Below are positions 9,365 through 19,220 of a stretch of 64,000 nt of DNA, piece after piece. The stretch's first letter is position 1. Each line of letters begins with the position of its first letter. Made by a program: the position numbers and the translations under genes. Under the pieces are notes generated by a model. That model did not search any database. It was not told where the DNA came from and was given only the letters and a program-made list of their open reading frames with translations. Where the stretch lies: positions 64,001-128,000 of the forward strand of contig OZ253564.1 in assembly GCA_965262915.1 (NCBI GenBank), written 5' to 3'. The stretch comes from Candidatus Spongiisociaceae bacterium (GTDB taxonomy: Bacteria > Actinomycetota > Acidimicrobiia > Spongiisociales > Spongiisociaceae).

Positions 9365-9600
9365 TCAACCCTGGCGCACCACTCGTAGCAGCTCCATCTG
9401 CCGGTCGATAACGGCTTCGACAACCGACCTCTCGACCTCGTACCAGTCAAGGAATTCATCCAGCAGCACGCCTTCGTTGAGGTTGTAGAACAGGTCAGCT
9501 ATCGGCAGTCGGGTCCCAGCGAACACCCACTCCCCCGAGCCGGGCCGTGTGTCGCTCAGCCGCGGCGGACATCTCCCAGATCGACTCCCGCTCCAACTCA
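9365..9600 (-). CDS. DUF433-family (VapB45-like antitoxin) protein, start uncertain or degraded
   Basis: SGEWVFAGTRLPIADLFYNLNEGVLLDEFLDWY matches the DUF433 core. Confidence 0.65.
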
Positions 9601-9922
9601 GTTGCTCCGGGCGTGTGGGGCCGAACCTAGCCACCGGTGCTCGCGCAGCCACGGCTCCCACACATGGCGGACATGTGAAGGGAAGCTGAAGGTACCCCGT
9701 CGACCGCCAGCACCGTCGGGCTCGAGTCAACCGCCTCGCACCTCTCCCAACCTTAGGAGCCGCGGCGGGCAGCCACCCACGCCGACATCGGTGATGCTGG
9801 TTAGTAGCGACGCCGTAAGTAGCTCTATCGGTGAAGTAGAACTATCCCTATGTTGTACTTCCATACCTGAAGGGGTACCGAGCCGACCTTAGGGGAGAGC
9901 CCGGTACCCTTACCCCCTAACC

Positions 9923-10195
9923 ATGGGACTGAGTACCGACCGGCTGCCGGCGAGAGTTCTGCTCTGGGCAGCGTTTGTCGTGATGGTCGCACTCCTCGGG
10001 TCCGCTTGCAGGAATGAGGGGCCTGCAGACGACCTCGACTACCTGGTGTGGGAGGTGTGCCGGCAGGTCAGGGCCGAGGGCGTGACGGCAGCGGAGGTGA
10101 GCGGCATCCTCCACGATGCCTCCCGGCACGGAGCGGTCATGGAACGAATCGAAGCGGAGTGCGGCGAGGAGATCGCTTCGGTATTCCGCCAGTGA
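9923..10195 (+). CDS. Small hypothetical lipoprotein
   Basis: Hydrophobic signal ending in LGSAC (lipobox-like); short acidic mature part with a Cys pair. Confidence 0.55.
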   Translation: MGLSTDRLPARVLLWAAFVVMVALLGSACRNEGPADDLDYLVWEVCRQVRAEGVTAAEVSGILHDASRHGAVMERIEAECGEEIASVFRQ

Positions 10196-10268
10196 CTAAT
10201 GGCCGGTCATAGCTGGTTATCGTAGATAGTATATGACAGTAGGCTCACTGGTAACCAGCAGCCGGCAA

Positions 10269-11030
10269 CTACAGGCGTTCGCGTAGCCAGGCGAGGTCGG
10301 CGCGGTGTTGCTCGGCGTCCCCCGGCGTTTCGATGAGCGCCGGTGCTCCGGCCGCCCGCACGACCTCCACCAGGAGATCTCCCGGTATGTGCCCCTGGCC
10401 GAGGTTGGCGTGGCGGTCGCGCCGGGAGTCGAACCCGTCACGTGAATCGTTGAGGTGTACCAGGTCGATCCGGCCCGTCGCCTTGAGCACCCGTTCGACC
10501 AGGCCGTCCATCGATTCGCCACCCGCCCAGGCGTGGCAGGTGTCGAGGCAGAACCCCGGATCCAGATCACCGATCACATCCCACAGGCGGGCCAGATGAT
10601 CCAGACGCCGGGCCTGGGCGTTGTTGCCCGATGCGGTGTTCTCGATCAGGATCGGGATGTCGGTCTCCAGCGTCTCCAGCGCCTTGCGCCACCGGGGGAA
10701 CCCGTCCTCGACCGCTTCGTCCTTGGTCACGTGTCCCCCGTGGACGATGATGCCGGCCGCTCCTATCTGTTCGGCGCCCTCCACCGTGTTGGCAAGGATC
10801 TTGCGGCTGGGGATACGAATGCGGTTGTTCCGGTTGACGACGTTGACCAGGTAGGGGGCATGAATGTAGATCCCGATGGGCGAGTTGCGCAGTTCTTCTG
10901 CGTCCCTTCGCGGTAAGGGCTTCTTCCACGACCGGGGATTTCCTAGGAAGAACTGGACCACTCCGGCGCCCCTCGCCTCGGCTTCGGCGAGGGGGTCGGC
11001 GGCGGGGACGTGGGCGCCCAGGGTGATCAA
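10269..11030 (-). CDS. nfo: Endonuclease IV (AP endonuclease)
   Basis: [49 protein letters not shown]...DRHAN, IETP; TTG start overlaps the upstream stop. Confidence 0.93.
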   Translation of the reverse strand: MITLGAHVPAADPLAEAEARGAGVVQFFLGNPRSWKKPLPRRDAEELRNSPIGIYIHAPYLVNVVNRNNRIRIPSRKILANTVEGAEQIGAAGIIVHGGHVTKDEAVEDGFPRWRKALETLETDIPILIENTASGNNAQARRLDHLARLWDVIGDLDPGFCLDTCHAWAGGESMDGLVERVLKATGRIDLVHLNDSRDGFDSRRDRHANLGQGHIPGDLLVEVVRAAGAPALIETPGDAEQHRADLAWLRERL

Positions 11031-11710
11031 TCCGACCCGCCTTCCACGACCCCGGCCGGAGTCACTGGTCCGGCTTCGGTCTCGGGAACCTCGGGTGGCG
11101 CCGGCGTCATGTCGGTCTCCACCAGCCCCTCCCGGGCTGCCGGGTCCTCGGATGGGGATACGGACCGTGACGCCTGAAGCTCCACCAGGAGTACGGCTAC
11201 CTCTCCAGAATCGACTGCCCACTCCTCGGCCGAGATGGAGAGCACCCCGTCCTCGACCCATCTGGCGCCCCAGGGGCTGGAACCGACCAGGCTCGGGTCG
11301 GCTACCTCGATGTCCAGCGCCGGGAAGGTCCCGTAGTCGCCCGAGGCCACACTCGCGGACACCTCGCCCACGTCATCCCACGGGATCAGGGCCGGACGCG
11401 TGAAAGGGCCGCCCAGTGACAGGAGAATACCTTCGGCGCCGGCCCGCACGACGGGCCGCCGTCCCGCCAGCCGTCCGGCCGTCCACACGATCAGGAGCAC
11501 GCCGATGATGAGGAAGGCCCATGCCCACGCATGGTCGCGGCTCTCGAGCACGGGTGGCTCCTTGCCCGGGTAGATGAGCTCCAGGATGCGCCGGGTGGGC
11601 AGCCACCCGAAGAGGACACCACCGGCATGGAGGACCATGACAGCTCCCACCGGGGCCAGGTACCACTGCCCGGGAAACACCCTGCGGACCGTGACGGGGT
11701 ATTCGCTCAA
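11027..11710 (-). CDS. Hypothetical membrane protein (2 TM plus soluble domain)
   Basis: Two hydrophobic segments; translationally coupled between pyrE and nfo. Confidence 0.75.
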   Translation of the reverse strand: MSEYPVTVRRVFPGQWYLAPVGAVMVLHAGGVLFGWLPTRRILELIYPGKEPPVLESRDHAWAWAFLIIGVLLIVWTAGRLAGRRPVVRAGAEGILLSLGGPFTRPALIPWDDVGEVSASVASGDYGTFPALDIEVADPSLVGSSPWGARWVEDGVLSISAEEWAVDSGEVAVLLVELQASRSVSPSEDPAAREGLVETDMTPAPPEVPETEAGPVTPAGVVEGGSD

Positions 11711-12282
11711 CCCTCGCTCCCTCGGGCATCGGTCCCGAGCCCCAGGTCCTCGGGGTGGAACACCGCGGAGTAGCCGATGCCGAGTTCCGCAACCCGCCGG
11801 GCCGCTTCACCTCGTGACCGGTCGACCAGCACCACCGCCTGGATCACCTCCAGACCCTCTGCCCGGGCGACTTCTATGGCCTCGATGAGGCTCCCCCCGG
11901 TAGTGGCGGTGTCCTCCAGCATCGCCACCCGGTCGCCGGGACCGACCGGCCCTACCAGGCGACCGCCCGTTCCGTGCTCCTTGGCGACTTTTCGGATCGA
12001 GAACGCCCTGAGCGGGCAGCCGAGGCCTGCCGCGTGGATGGCGGTGGCGACGGCGATCGGATCCGCTCCGATAGTCATGCCCCCCACCGCATCGGCGGCT
12101 CGAAGGTAGGTCCATACCGCCGCCCCCACCAGGCGGGCTCCCTCGCCGCTGAACGTGGTCTGGCGGGCGTCGAGGTACCAATCGCTCATCCCGCCCGACC
12201 GCAACGGGAACGGGCCATCGGTCCTGACAGCATGGGAGCGTAGGTGATCAGCGACGGCTGCCCGGGGGGCTGAGAGGTTCAC
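11707..12282 (-). CDS. pyrE: Orotate phosphoribosyltransferase
   Basis: LRSGGMSDWYLDAR, GGMTIGADP, IRKVAKEHG, MLEDTATTGGS (PRPP loop), LVDR. Confidence 0.92.
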   Translation of the reverse strand: MNLSAPRAAVADHLRSHAVRTDGPFPLRSGGMSDWYLDARQTTFSGEGARLVGAAVWTYLRAADAVGGMTIGADPIAVATAIHAAGLGCPLRAFSIRKVAKEHGTGGRLVGPVGPGDRVAMLEDTATTGGSLIEAIEVARAEGLEVIQAVVLVDRSRGEAARRVAELGIGYSAVFHPEDLGLGTDARGSEG

Positions 12283-12382
12283 GGGACCAGGTTACCAAGC
12301 CCCGGATCGGCAGATTCGAGAGTGCACCGGAACGCGGTCGATCCGCAGGCGGATATCCGGAGGTTCCGTCGTATCATGGTTC

Positions 12383-12616
12383 ATGCCGCGTCCCAACCTC
12401 AAGGATCTCCGCAACAACTGCTCCGGTGCGGAAGGACCTTGGCCCAAGAAGCTGCGCCGAGCCGCCGCCAACTTCGCCATCAAACTTCGGACCGGCTCCA
12501 ATTGCTGTGGCAATCATGGAGATGTCGGATGCTGCATAGCTCCCGGACCCGACTCGGGCACCCACCGGCCACCGTTAGCGGCCGAACCGGCGGTCGGCCG
12601 CCGCGTAGTCGCGTAG
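12383..12616 (+). CDS. Small Cys-rich hypothetical protein
   Basis: KLRRAAANFAIKLRTGSNCCGNHGDVGC fills the gap between pyrE and uppS; the 3' end overlaps uppS. Confidence 0.45.
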   Translation: MPRPNLKDLRNNCSGAEGPWPKKLRRAAANFAIKLRTGSNCCGNHGDVGCCIAPGPDSGTHRPPLAAEPAVGRRVVA

Positions 12617-13366
12617 CGCACGGATGAAGTCCACGCGGCGGAAGGCGGGCCAGAACACGTCGACGAAGGCATACTCCGCATAGGCCGCCTGCCAGAGCAG
12701 GAAGCCCGAGAGGCGGGACTCGCCCGAAGTACGGATAACGAGGTCGGCATCGGGCTGGTCCGGCTCGTACAGGTGAGCCGCGATGGCGTGGGCATCCACG
12801 TGCGCCGCCATGTCGCTGATCGGTATCCCCCGTCCCGCGAGTTCCTCCACCAGAGCCCGGCAGGCGTCCACGATCTCCTGGCGGCCCCCGTAACCCACGG
12901 CGATGGTGAGTTGCCGAGATCCGGACGCAGTGGCCTCGACGGCTCGCTTGGCGCTCTTCAGCAGCCGGGCGGGAAGCAGGTCGAGGCTTCCGATGAAGTT
13001 GACCTGGAAGCCGAGGTGGCCGGCGTGGGCAGGAAGCCGCTCGAACATCTCGATGAGGGTGTCGAAGTAAGGTTCGATCTGCGCCCGAGGGCGTCCCAGG
13101 TTCTCGGTGGACAACACCCAAGCCGTTATCAGGGGAATGGGCAGTTCGGCAGCCCAACCGACGAACTCCTCGAACCTTCGCATCCCGCTCCGGTAGCTGT
13201 CGGTGTACGTCTCCAGACCTTCGGCCCGTGCGTACCGCCGGTGGCCATCCAGGATGATCCCGATGTGCCTCGGCAGGCGCTCTGCATCGAGACGACGAAG
13301 GAGGCGATGCTCGTAGATGCGGTACAGGGGGGATGTCAGTCTCGGTTTTCGCACCGCGTTGTCCAT
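12575..13366 (-). CDS. uppS: cis-prenyltransferase (polyprenyl diphosphate synthase)
   Basis: HIGIILDGHRR, LSTENLGR, YGGRQEI, IRTSGESRLSGFLLWQAAYAE, WPAF. Confidence 0.92.
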   Translation of the reverse strand: MDNAVRKPRLTSPLYRIYEHRLLRRLDAERLPRHIGIILDGHRRYARAEGLETYTDSYRSGMRRFEEFVGWAAELPIPLITAWVLSTENLGRPRAQIEPYFDTLIEMFERLPAHAGHLGFQVNFIGSLDLLPARLLKSAKRAVEATASGSRQLTIAVGYGGRQEIVDACRALVEELAGRGIPISDMAAHVDAHAIAAHLYEPDQPDADLVIRTSGESRLSGFLLWQAAYAEYAFVDVFWPAFRRVDFIRALRDYAAADRRFGR

Positions 13367-13423
13367 CGTCTCCCTCCGGACATCCGTGGATTCACGTGGG
13401 GGCGTCGGCTGCCACGTTGAATC

Positions 13424-13490
13424 CTAGTGTTATGTCTGCAAGACAACTTGCCCCGGGTGCCATCCACGCCATTTCACGGACAGACCACTA
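13424..13490 (-). repeat. Short, internally deleted copy of the dispersed ~165-bp MITE-like repeat
   Basis: CTAGTGTTATGTCTGCAAGA...CATTTCACGGACAGACCACTA retains both termini. Confidence 0.7.
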
Positions 13491-13646
13491 CTGCCCCCCG
13501 GAGCACCACCTCCACCGCCGCCGGCGGGCGATCACCTCCCCCGGGCCGGACACGCATCTCGTGGCCGGCGGTTCCCGAACCGGTCTCTCCGCAGGGAGAA
13601 CCAGGGGTTCGGGGCGGCCATGAAGTAGGGTGATCGTCCCATGGGC

Positions 13647-13813
13647 CAAGTGGTCTGTCTGTGAAATGGTGATGGGGCATGCGCCGGCAGCGGCGTTCCT
13701 CGCAAGGCTCGCCGACGAAGGCGTACCCTTAGCGTACGTCGAGGAGGCGGAACGCAGCGAGGGGCGTCGATGCAAGCAGGGCACGCCGAATCATCTTGCA
13801 GACAGACCACTAG
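13647..13813 (+). repeat. Dispersed MITE-like repeat, full copy
   Basis: AGTGGTCTGTCTGTGAAATGG...CGCCGACGAAGGC...TACGTCGAGGAGGCGGAACGCAGCGAGGGGCG...GCAGACAGACCACTAG; the ends are inverted repeats. Confidence 0.88.
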
Positions 13814-13838
13814 ACCCGACCGCTACTCCCTGTGATAC

Positions 13839-15329
13839 ATGAACCTCCTGTCCGGCTATATCCATCTCGATGCTGTCGAAGTCGGCGCGCTGATCCGCGC
13901 GAAGGAGGTGCACCCGAGGGAGGTCGTGGCAGCCGCTCTGGGCCAGATCGAGCGGTACGAGACCAAGTTGAATGCCATCTCGTGGCGCCGCTACGACGTG
14001 GCTCTCGAGGAAGCGGAACGTGCCCTACCCGACTCCCCCGTCTCGGGGGTGCCGTTTCTCATCAAGGGTCTGTCCCAGACATTGGAGGGAGCGCCGCATA
14101 CATTGGCCTCCCGGATGCGCTCGGACGTGGTCGCCGATCACGACTCCTCCCTGGTAGCCCGCTACAAGGCCGCAGGTTTGCTCGTCCTCGGCCAGAGCAC
14201 CTCACCCGAGTTCGGGGCGTCCCCCGACACCCGCTCCTCCCTCTACGGAACGACTCGCAACCCGTGGGATCTGGAACGCTCGCCGGGCGGATCCAGCGGC
14301 GGGGCCGCCACGGCGGTGGCCGCCCGCTACCTCCCGGCGGCGCACGCCAGCGACGGAGCCGGCTCGATCCGTATTCCCGCCTCGATGTGCGGATTGGTGG
14401 GCCTCAAGCCCACCCGCGGCCGGACTCCCAAAGGACCCGACGCGGCCGAAGGGTGGTTCGGACTGTCGGTCGAGCATGCCCTGACCAGGACGGTCCGGGA
14501 CAGCGCGGCGCTGCTCGACATCTCCCACGGACCGGATCCGGGTGCTCCCTACTACCCGCCGCTTCCCGACCGGCCTTACCTCGAGGAAGTGACCCGCCCG
14601 CCAGGGCGGCTGAGCATCGCGGTTTCGACGGAGTCCATGCTGTCGGACCGGATGGATCCCCGCTGTGCAGAGGCGGTGAACAGGACCGCCGGACTGCTCG
14701 AGGAACTCGGGCACCGGGTCACCACGGCTCGCCCGGAAATCGACCGGACACCGTTCAAGGAAGCCCTATGGATCATGATCGCCGCCGACCTCTCAAGCGC
14801 CATCGACGCGGCTGCCCGGGAGGCCGGCCGCCGACCCTCCGACGACCTGTTCGAGACATCGTCGTGGTTGATCGGTCTGGTCGGCCGGCGCCTGACCGCG
14901 GGCGACCTGGTCACCTCGCTCCAGTACGTCTGCAACATCGGTAGGTCCACGGCTCCGTTCTTCGACGAGTACGACGTCTTCGTCGAGCCCACCATCGCCC
15001 GCCCACCCTGGAGAAGCGGGACCTTGTATCCGAAGGTGAGCAAGCGAACGGTGGCGGCCAATCTGCGGCTGCGGGGACGCCGCTCCGCCATCAGGGCCGT
15101 AGCGGCGCTGGGAGAACCGTCCTTCCGGGCAATTCCCAACAACGCCCTGTGGAACGCCACCGGCCAGCCGTCGATGTCCCTGCCCCTGGGTTGGGCCGGC
15201 GGTCTGCCGATCGGGGTCCAGTTCACGGCCCGATACGCCGACGAAGCGCTCCTGTTCCGCCTCGCGGCCCAGATCGAGGAGGCCCGCCCCTGGATCGACC
15301 GCCTACCACCGATCCTGGCCTCCGGCTAG
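13839..15329 (+). CDS. Amidase signature family protein
   Basis: GVPFLIK, TRNPWDLERSPGGSSGG, SDGAGSIRIPASMCGLVGLKP, NATGQPSMSLP. Confidence 0.93.
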   Translation: MNLLSGYIHLDAVEVGALIRAKEVHPREVVAAALGQIERYETKLNAISWRRYDVALEEAERALPDSPVSGVPFLIKGLSQTLEGAPHTLASRMRSDVVADHDSSLVARYKAAGLLVLGQSTSPEFGASPDTRSSLYGTTRNPWDLERSPGGSSGGAATAVAARYLPAAHASDGAGSIRIPASMCGLVGLKPTRGRTPKGPDAAEGWFGLSVEHALTRTVRDSAALLDISHGPDPGAPYYPPLPDRPYLEEVTRPPGRLSIAVSTESMLSDRMDPRCAEAVNRTAGLLEELGHRVTTARPEIDRTPFKEALWIMIAADLSSAIDAAAREAGRRPSDDLFETSSWLIGLVGRRLTAGDLVTSLQYVCNIGRSTAPFFDEYDVFVEPTIARPPWRSGTLYPKVSKRTVAANLRLRGRRSAIRAVAALGEPSFRAIPNNALWNATGQPSMSLPLGWAGGLPIGVQFTARYADEALLFRLAAQIEEARPWIDRLPPILASG

Positions 15330-15375
15330 CAGTCTATGTGAAGCGGCGGCACGGCATGCGCCGGCGGCCCGAAAG

Positions 15376-16872
15376 CTACAACTGCCGGGTGGCGAGGAAC
15401 GGCAATCGGGGCTCCGCGGCGCATAGCGCTTCTACTTCCTCGGGATCAGTAGGTACCCCGGCGGTGAGGTTCTCGTGGCCGGTGGCGGTTATCAGGACAT
15501 CGTCCTCTATCCGGATGCCGATTCCCCGGAAGGCCCCCGGAACCCGGTGCGTGACGGTCGTCGCAGACTCCCGTTCCTGCTTCTCCAACTCCTTCGCCTT
15601 GGCGACACCGAGGATCATCCTGCGCTCGGTCCACTCGTCGAGGTCGTACTCGAGCATCGGCAACTCGACCTCGGCCCGCTGCGGATCCACGTAGATACCC
15701 GGCTCCACGGTGAACGCCATGCCCGGTACGAGAGGGCGGGGTTGACCCGCTACGCCGTAGGCACCGGCGTCATGCACGTCCATACCCAGCCAGTGACCCG
15801 TTCCGTGCATGAAGTACTCGCGGTAGTGATGCATCCGAACCACCTCGTCGGCCGGTCCCGGCAGCAGGCCCAGGTCGACCAACCCCTCGGCAATGGTCTC
15901 GACCGCCGCCTGATGGAGGTCCTTCAGGGTCGATCCCGGTCCGGCAAGCTCCAGTGCGGCTCGCTGGGCCCTCAGCACCACGTCGTACAGCTCCCTCTGC
16001 TGACCGCTGAAGGCGCCGGAAGCCGGGAAGGTCCGGGTGATGTCGGCGGAGAAGTACCCGTACTCGGCCCCGGCATCGATCAGCACCAGATCGCCGTTCC
16101 CGATCCTGCCGTCGTTGTCGGTGTAGTGCAGGATGCAGGCGTTCTCGCCTGAGGCGACGATGGCAGGGTACCCGTCGCGGCGGGCACCCCGCGCCCTGAA
16201 GACGTACTCCAATGCAGCTTGGACCTGGTATTCGTAGTGGCCCGGCCGCGTGAAACGCATCGCCTCCGAGTGGCCCTCGGCCGTGATCTCGCAGACGGCC
16301 TCGAGGTGCGCCACCTCCTCCGGTGTCTTGTGGAGGCGTAGCTCGGCCAGCACCGGCTCGGCGTCACGGACCTCGGCGGGCACGACCCTCCCGTACCGGT
16401 TGGCCAGACCACCCACCGCCCGGACCATCCGCACCACCCTCCGGTGGAACCCCGCACTGCCGAACGGCAGGTAGACCACCCGGCGGCCCACGAGCCTGCG
16501 ACGCAGGATCCCGTCGAACTCCGAAACGGGATGGGCGGCGTCGGCGCCGAAGCGCTCCCTAGCCCCCTCGACACCGGCCCGGCGTCCGTCCCAGATCTCC
16601 CGCTCCCGGTCCCGGGGCCGGACGAACAGCACGTACTGCTCATCGGTGGCGGCCGGGTCGATGAGCATGACGGCGTCCGGCTCGTCGAACCCGGTGAGGT
16701 AGTAGAAGTCCGAGTTCTGGCGGAACGGGTACTCAACATCGTTGTTGCGGGTCACCTGAGCGGCCGCCGGGACCAAGGCCATTCCGTCGCCGACCAACCC
16801 TGCGAACCTCTCTCGGCGGTCCGCGTACAGGACCTGGTGGGATGGGATCTCCCGTGATCGGCTCTCCGTCAT
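15376..16872 (-). CDS. pepP: Xaa-Pro aminopeptidase
   Basis: FRQNSDFYYLTG, LHY, DAGAE, ADITRTFP, HGTGHWLGMDVHD, TVEPGIY, GIRIEDD. Confidence 0.93.
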   Translation of the reverse strand: MTESRSREIPSHQVLYADRRERFAGLVGDGMALVPAAAQVTRNNDVEYPFRQNSDFYYLTGFDEPDAVMLIDPAATDEQYVLFVRPRDREREIWDGRRAGVEGARERFGADAAHPVSEFDGILRRRLVGRRVVYLPFGSAGFHRRVVRMVRAVGGLANRYGRVVPAEVRDAEPVLAELRLHKTPEEVAHLEAVCEITAEGHSEAMRFTRPGHYEYQVQAALEYVFRARGARRDGYPAIVASGENACILHYTDNDGRIGNGDLVLIDAGAEYGYFSADITRTFPASGAFSGQQRELYDVVLRAQRAALELAGPGSTLKDLHQAAVETIAEGLVDLGLLPGPADEVVRMHHYREYFMHGTGHWLGMDVHDAGAYGVAGQPRPLVPGMAFTVEPGIYVDPQRAEVELPMLEYDLDEWTERRMILGVAKAKELEKQERESATTVTHRVPGAFRGIGIRIEDDVLITATGHENLTAGVPTDPEEVEALCAAEPRLPFLATRQL

Positions 16873-17014
16873 TCCCCGAAGGCTAACCGGCCCGCACCAT
16901 CTCGCGTTCGCGACGGTAACGGGCAAGCCGGATCGCCGACAGCACGATCGGCGGCGTCCGTGGGGATGGATGTGCCGCAGGTCCTAGCGTTCGTCAAGCG
17001 CTTCTGGCGACACC

Positions 17015-17203
17015 CTAACCGGCCGCGATATGAGCCTCGATCCTGGTCAGCCGGTGCTCGACTTGGGAGATCCGTTCACCTTGCTCAGCGAGCCGTTCAC
17101 CCTGCCGGTCGATCTTGCGGCTCAATGCGAGATGGCTCTGCCATATGGCGCCCATCAGCGAGACGTACACGAACGCCACTGTTCCGATCAGTGCAGGGTC
17201 CAT
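17015..17203 (-). CDS. Small protein, one TM plus coiled coil
   Basis: MDPALIGTVAFVYVSLMGAIW followed by heptad-like LSRKIDRQGERLAEQGERISQVEHRLTRIE. Confidence 0.6.
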   Translation of the reverse strand: MDPALIGTVAFVYVSLMGAIWQSHLALSRKIDRQGERLAEQGERISQVEHRLTRIEAHIAAG

Positions 17204-17253
17204 GATTCGCCATTGTACACCAGCAACAGCTCCGTTGTGAAGTGATATGTTGG

Positions 17254-18126
17254 TCAACAACCGGTAGCGTGGTGACACCAATCGGCAAGCGCGGCACCGA
17301 TCAGGCCGGGCGAGTCCTCCTGGACGAAGTGGATGCCGGGCACCGTGATCTCGGTCTGGTTGGGCCATGAACGGCAGACCTCGCGAGCGCGTCCCACCAG
17401 GATCGAACCGGGGTCGGCATTGATGAACAGCTTGGGTACGTCCCAGGTCGCCAGCCTCGTCGCGCAGTCCTCGACGATGTCATGCACGTCGCGCGGATGT
17501 CCGTCGATCGGGATCTCGCGCGGCCAGGTGAGCATCGGCCGTCTGTCCTCTCCGGGCCGGCGGAAGGGGCGGCGGTAGCGGTCCATTTCGTCGGGAGTAA
17601 GGTCGCGCAGGATCGAACCGGGCAGGATCCGCTCGACGAACACGTTCTTGTCGAGAACGATCTCCTCTCCGGCATCGGAGCGCATGGCCTGGAAGATCCG
17701 CCGGGCCGCGGTCGGCCAGTCGTCCCAGGTCAAGGGTGTGACGATCGCCTCCATGTAGGCGAGACCCCTGACGGAGCCGGGATGCCGGACCGCCCAGTCG
17801 AAGGCCAGGACCGAACCCCAATCGTGGCCCACAAAGGTGACGTTGCCCCGGACATCAAGAAGCCTGAGCAACTCGTCGAGGTAGCGGCGGTGCTGAACGT
17901 ATCGGTAGGCGCCGGGACCGGAGCCGATCAGCTTGGCCGAGTCGCCCATCCCGATCAGGTCGGGGGCGATGCAGCGGCCCAGCTTCGCGACCGCAGGGAT
18001 GACTCCCCGCCACAGATACGACGATGCCGGGTTCCCGTGGAGGAACACGATCGGGTCTCCGGACCCCACCTCCACGTATGCCATTTCGAGATCGAACACC
18101 CGACGGGTGTACTTTTCCAGCCTCAT
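17254..18126 (-). CDS. dhaA: Haloalkane dehalogenase (LinB/DhaA-like)
   Basis: FLHGNPASSYLWR, PDLIGMGDS, HDWGS nucleophile, YMEAIV, NVFVE, WPREIP, PGIHFVQEDSP. Confidence 0.92.
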   Translation of the reverse strand: MRLEKYTRRVFDLEMAYVEVGSGDPIVFLHGNPASSYLWRGVIPAVAKLGRCIAPDLIGMGDSAKLIGSGPGAYRYVQHRRYLDELLRLLDVRGNVTFVGHDWGSVLAFDWAVRHPGSVRGLAYMEAIVTPLTWDDWPTAARRIFQAMRSDAGEEIVLDKNVFVERILPGSILRDLTPDEMDRYRRPFRRPGEDRRPMLTWPREIPIDGHPRDVHDIVEDCATRLATWDVPKLFINADPGSILVGRAREVCRSWPNQTEITVPGIHFVQEDSPGLIGAALADWCHHATGC

Positions 18127-18265
18127 GAGTCCCCTTGTCGGATCCCCGGCAAGCTAACCGGACCGCTCCGGATCGTATTCCGGACCCCCATTAGGGAGCG
18201 CCAAGGAACGGTGAGATCGGTTGCGCGCGGCCCCGCTCGGCGCGGTCGTCAGCGATCCCATCCCA

Positions 18266-18928
18266 TCAGCCGGTAAACCCGACTTTCTTGTGGGATCCGT
18301 CGCAGAGTGGCTTGTTGGCGGAATGACCGCAGCGGCACAGGGTGACCCGGTTCCGGGTCTCGAACGGCTCGTCGTCCGCCCGCCGGACGGGGATACCGCC
18401 GGTCAGCCAGAGGGGGCCATCGGCGATGACCGAGATCTCGAGGGGCAGGGTCGGTTCGATCTCGGCGCCGTCGACCGAGTAGGCGAGAGCTCCCGAGGGG
18501 CACCGCTCGATCATGGCCATCACCTGGGCTCGAACCACGCTGTCGTCGGTCCCCGGGGTCATCCTCCAGACGTTGGATATGCGGTTGCCGCAGAACCCTG
18601 CATGGACACAGATACTGCGGTCGTCCGATACCTCTATGCCGACCCCGCCCAGGTCGGCGCACCGTTCCCTGAAGGAATCGGCCGGCGCCGTTTCCGTACC
18701 GTCGAAGCCCACCTTGCCGTGCGTTCCGTCACAGTACGGCTTTGTGGACGACTCACCACACCTGCACAACGCGTAGACCGGGTTCTGATCGCTCACGTCT
18801 TCGGTGCGCCATGTGAGAGGTTCGCCGTGTTCGGACACCACAGCACTTCTGACCCTCAACGGCACCGATCCCGAAACCAGGTAAGGACCGTCGGGTCGAA
18901 CGCTGACGGTCACGGGTTGCTCGGCCAC
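18266..18928 (-). CDS. CDGSH iron-sulfur domain protein (two CDGSH plus divergent 4Fe-4S domain)
   Basis: LCRCGESSTKPYCDGTH, CVHAGFC...CPSGAL, LCRCGHSANKPLCDGSH; GGAGG upstream of GTG 18928. Confidence 0.9.
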   Translation of the reverse strand: MAEQPVTVSVRPDGPYLVSGSVPLRVRSAVVSEHGEPLTWRTEDVSDQNPVYALCRCGESSTKPYCDGTHGKVGFDGTETAPADSFRERCADLGGVGIEVSDDRSICVHAGFCGNRISNVWRMTPGTDDSVVRAQVMAMIERCPSGALAYSVDGAEIEPTLPLEISVIADGPLWLTGGIPVRRADDEPFETRNRVTLCRCGHSANKPLCDGSHKKVGFTG

Positions 18929-19007
18929 TCTGTCCTCCCGGGTGGTTCGCAGATCTGAGGAGACTATACGCAAACCGGCGCCGTTAGCGCGAGTGCGAAG
19001 ATGTCCT

Positions 19008-19220
19008 GGTTGTCTGTCCGTTAAATAGCGGCGTGGTATGCAGACAGAACCACAGTGGTCTGCCTGTGAAACGGCGGCGTGGTATGCGCCGGCAGCGGCG
19101 TTCCTCGCAAGGCCCGCCGACGAAGGCATACCCGCAGCGGTACGTCGAGGAGGCGGAACGCAGCGAGGGGCGTCGGTGGCAAGCAGAGCACGGCAAGTTG
19201 TTTTGCAGGCAGACCACTAG
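19008..19220 (+). repeat. MITE-like repeat: partial copy (19008-19053) fused to a full copy (19054-19220)
   Basis: Same core as 13647-13813; the terminal CTAG contains the argH stop codon. Confidence 0.85.

Noticed and set aside
13532-13842. Recurrent short ORFs (LRSASSTY..., YVEEAERSEGRR...) at 13.5, 19.0, 24.1 and 53.4 kb as a protein family
   Set aside because: They are translations of the dispersed MITE, not independent genes
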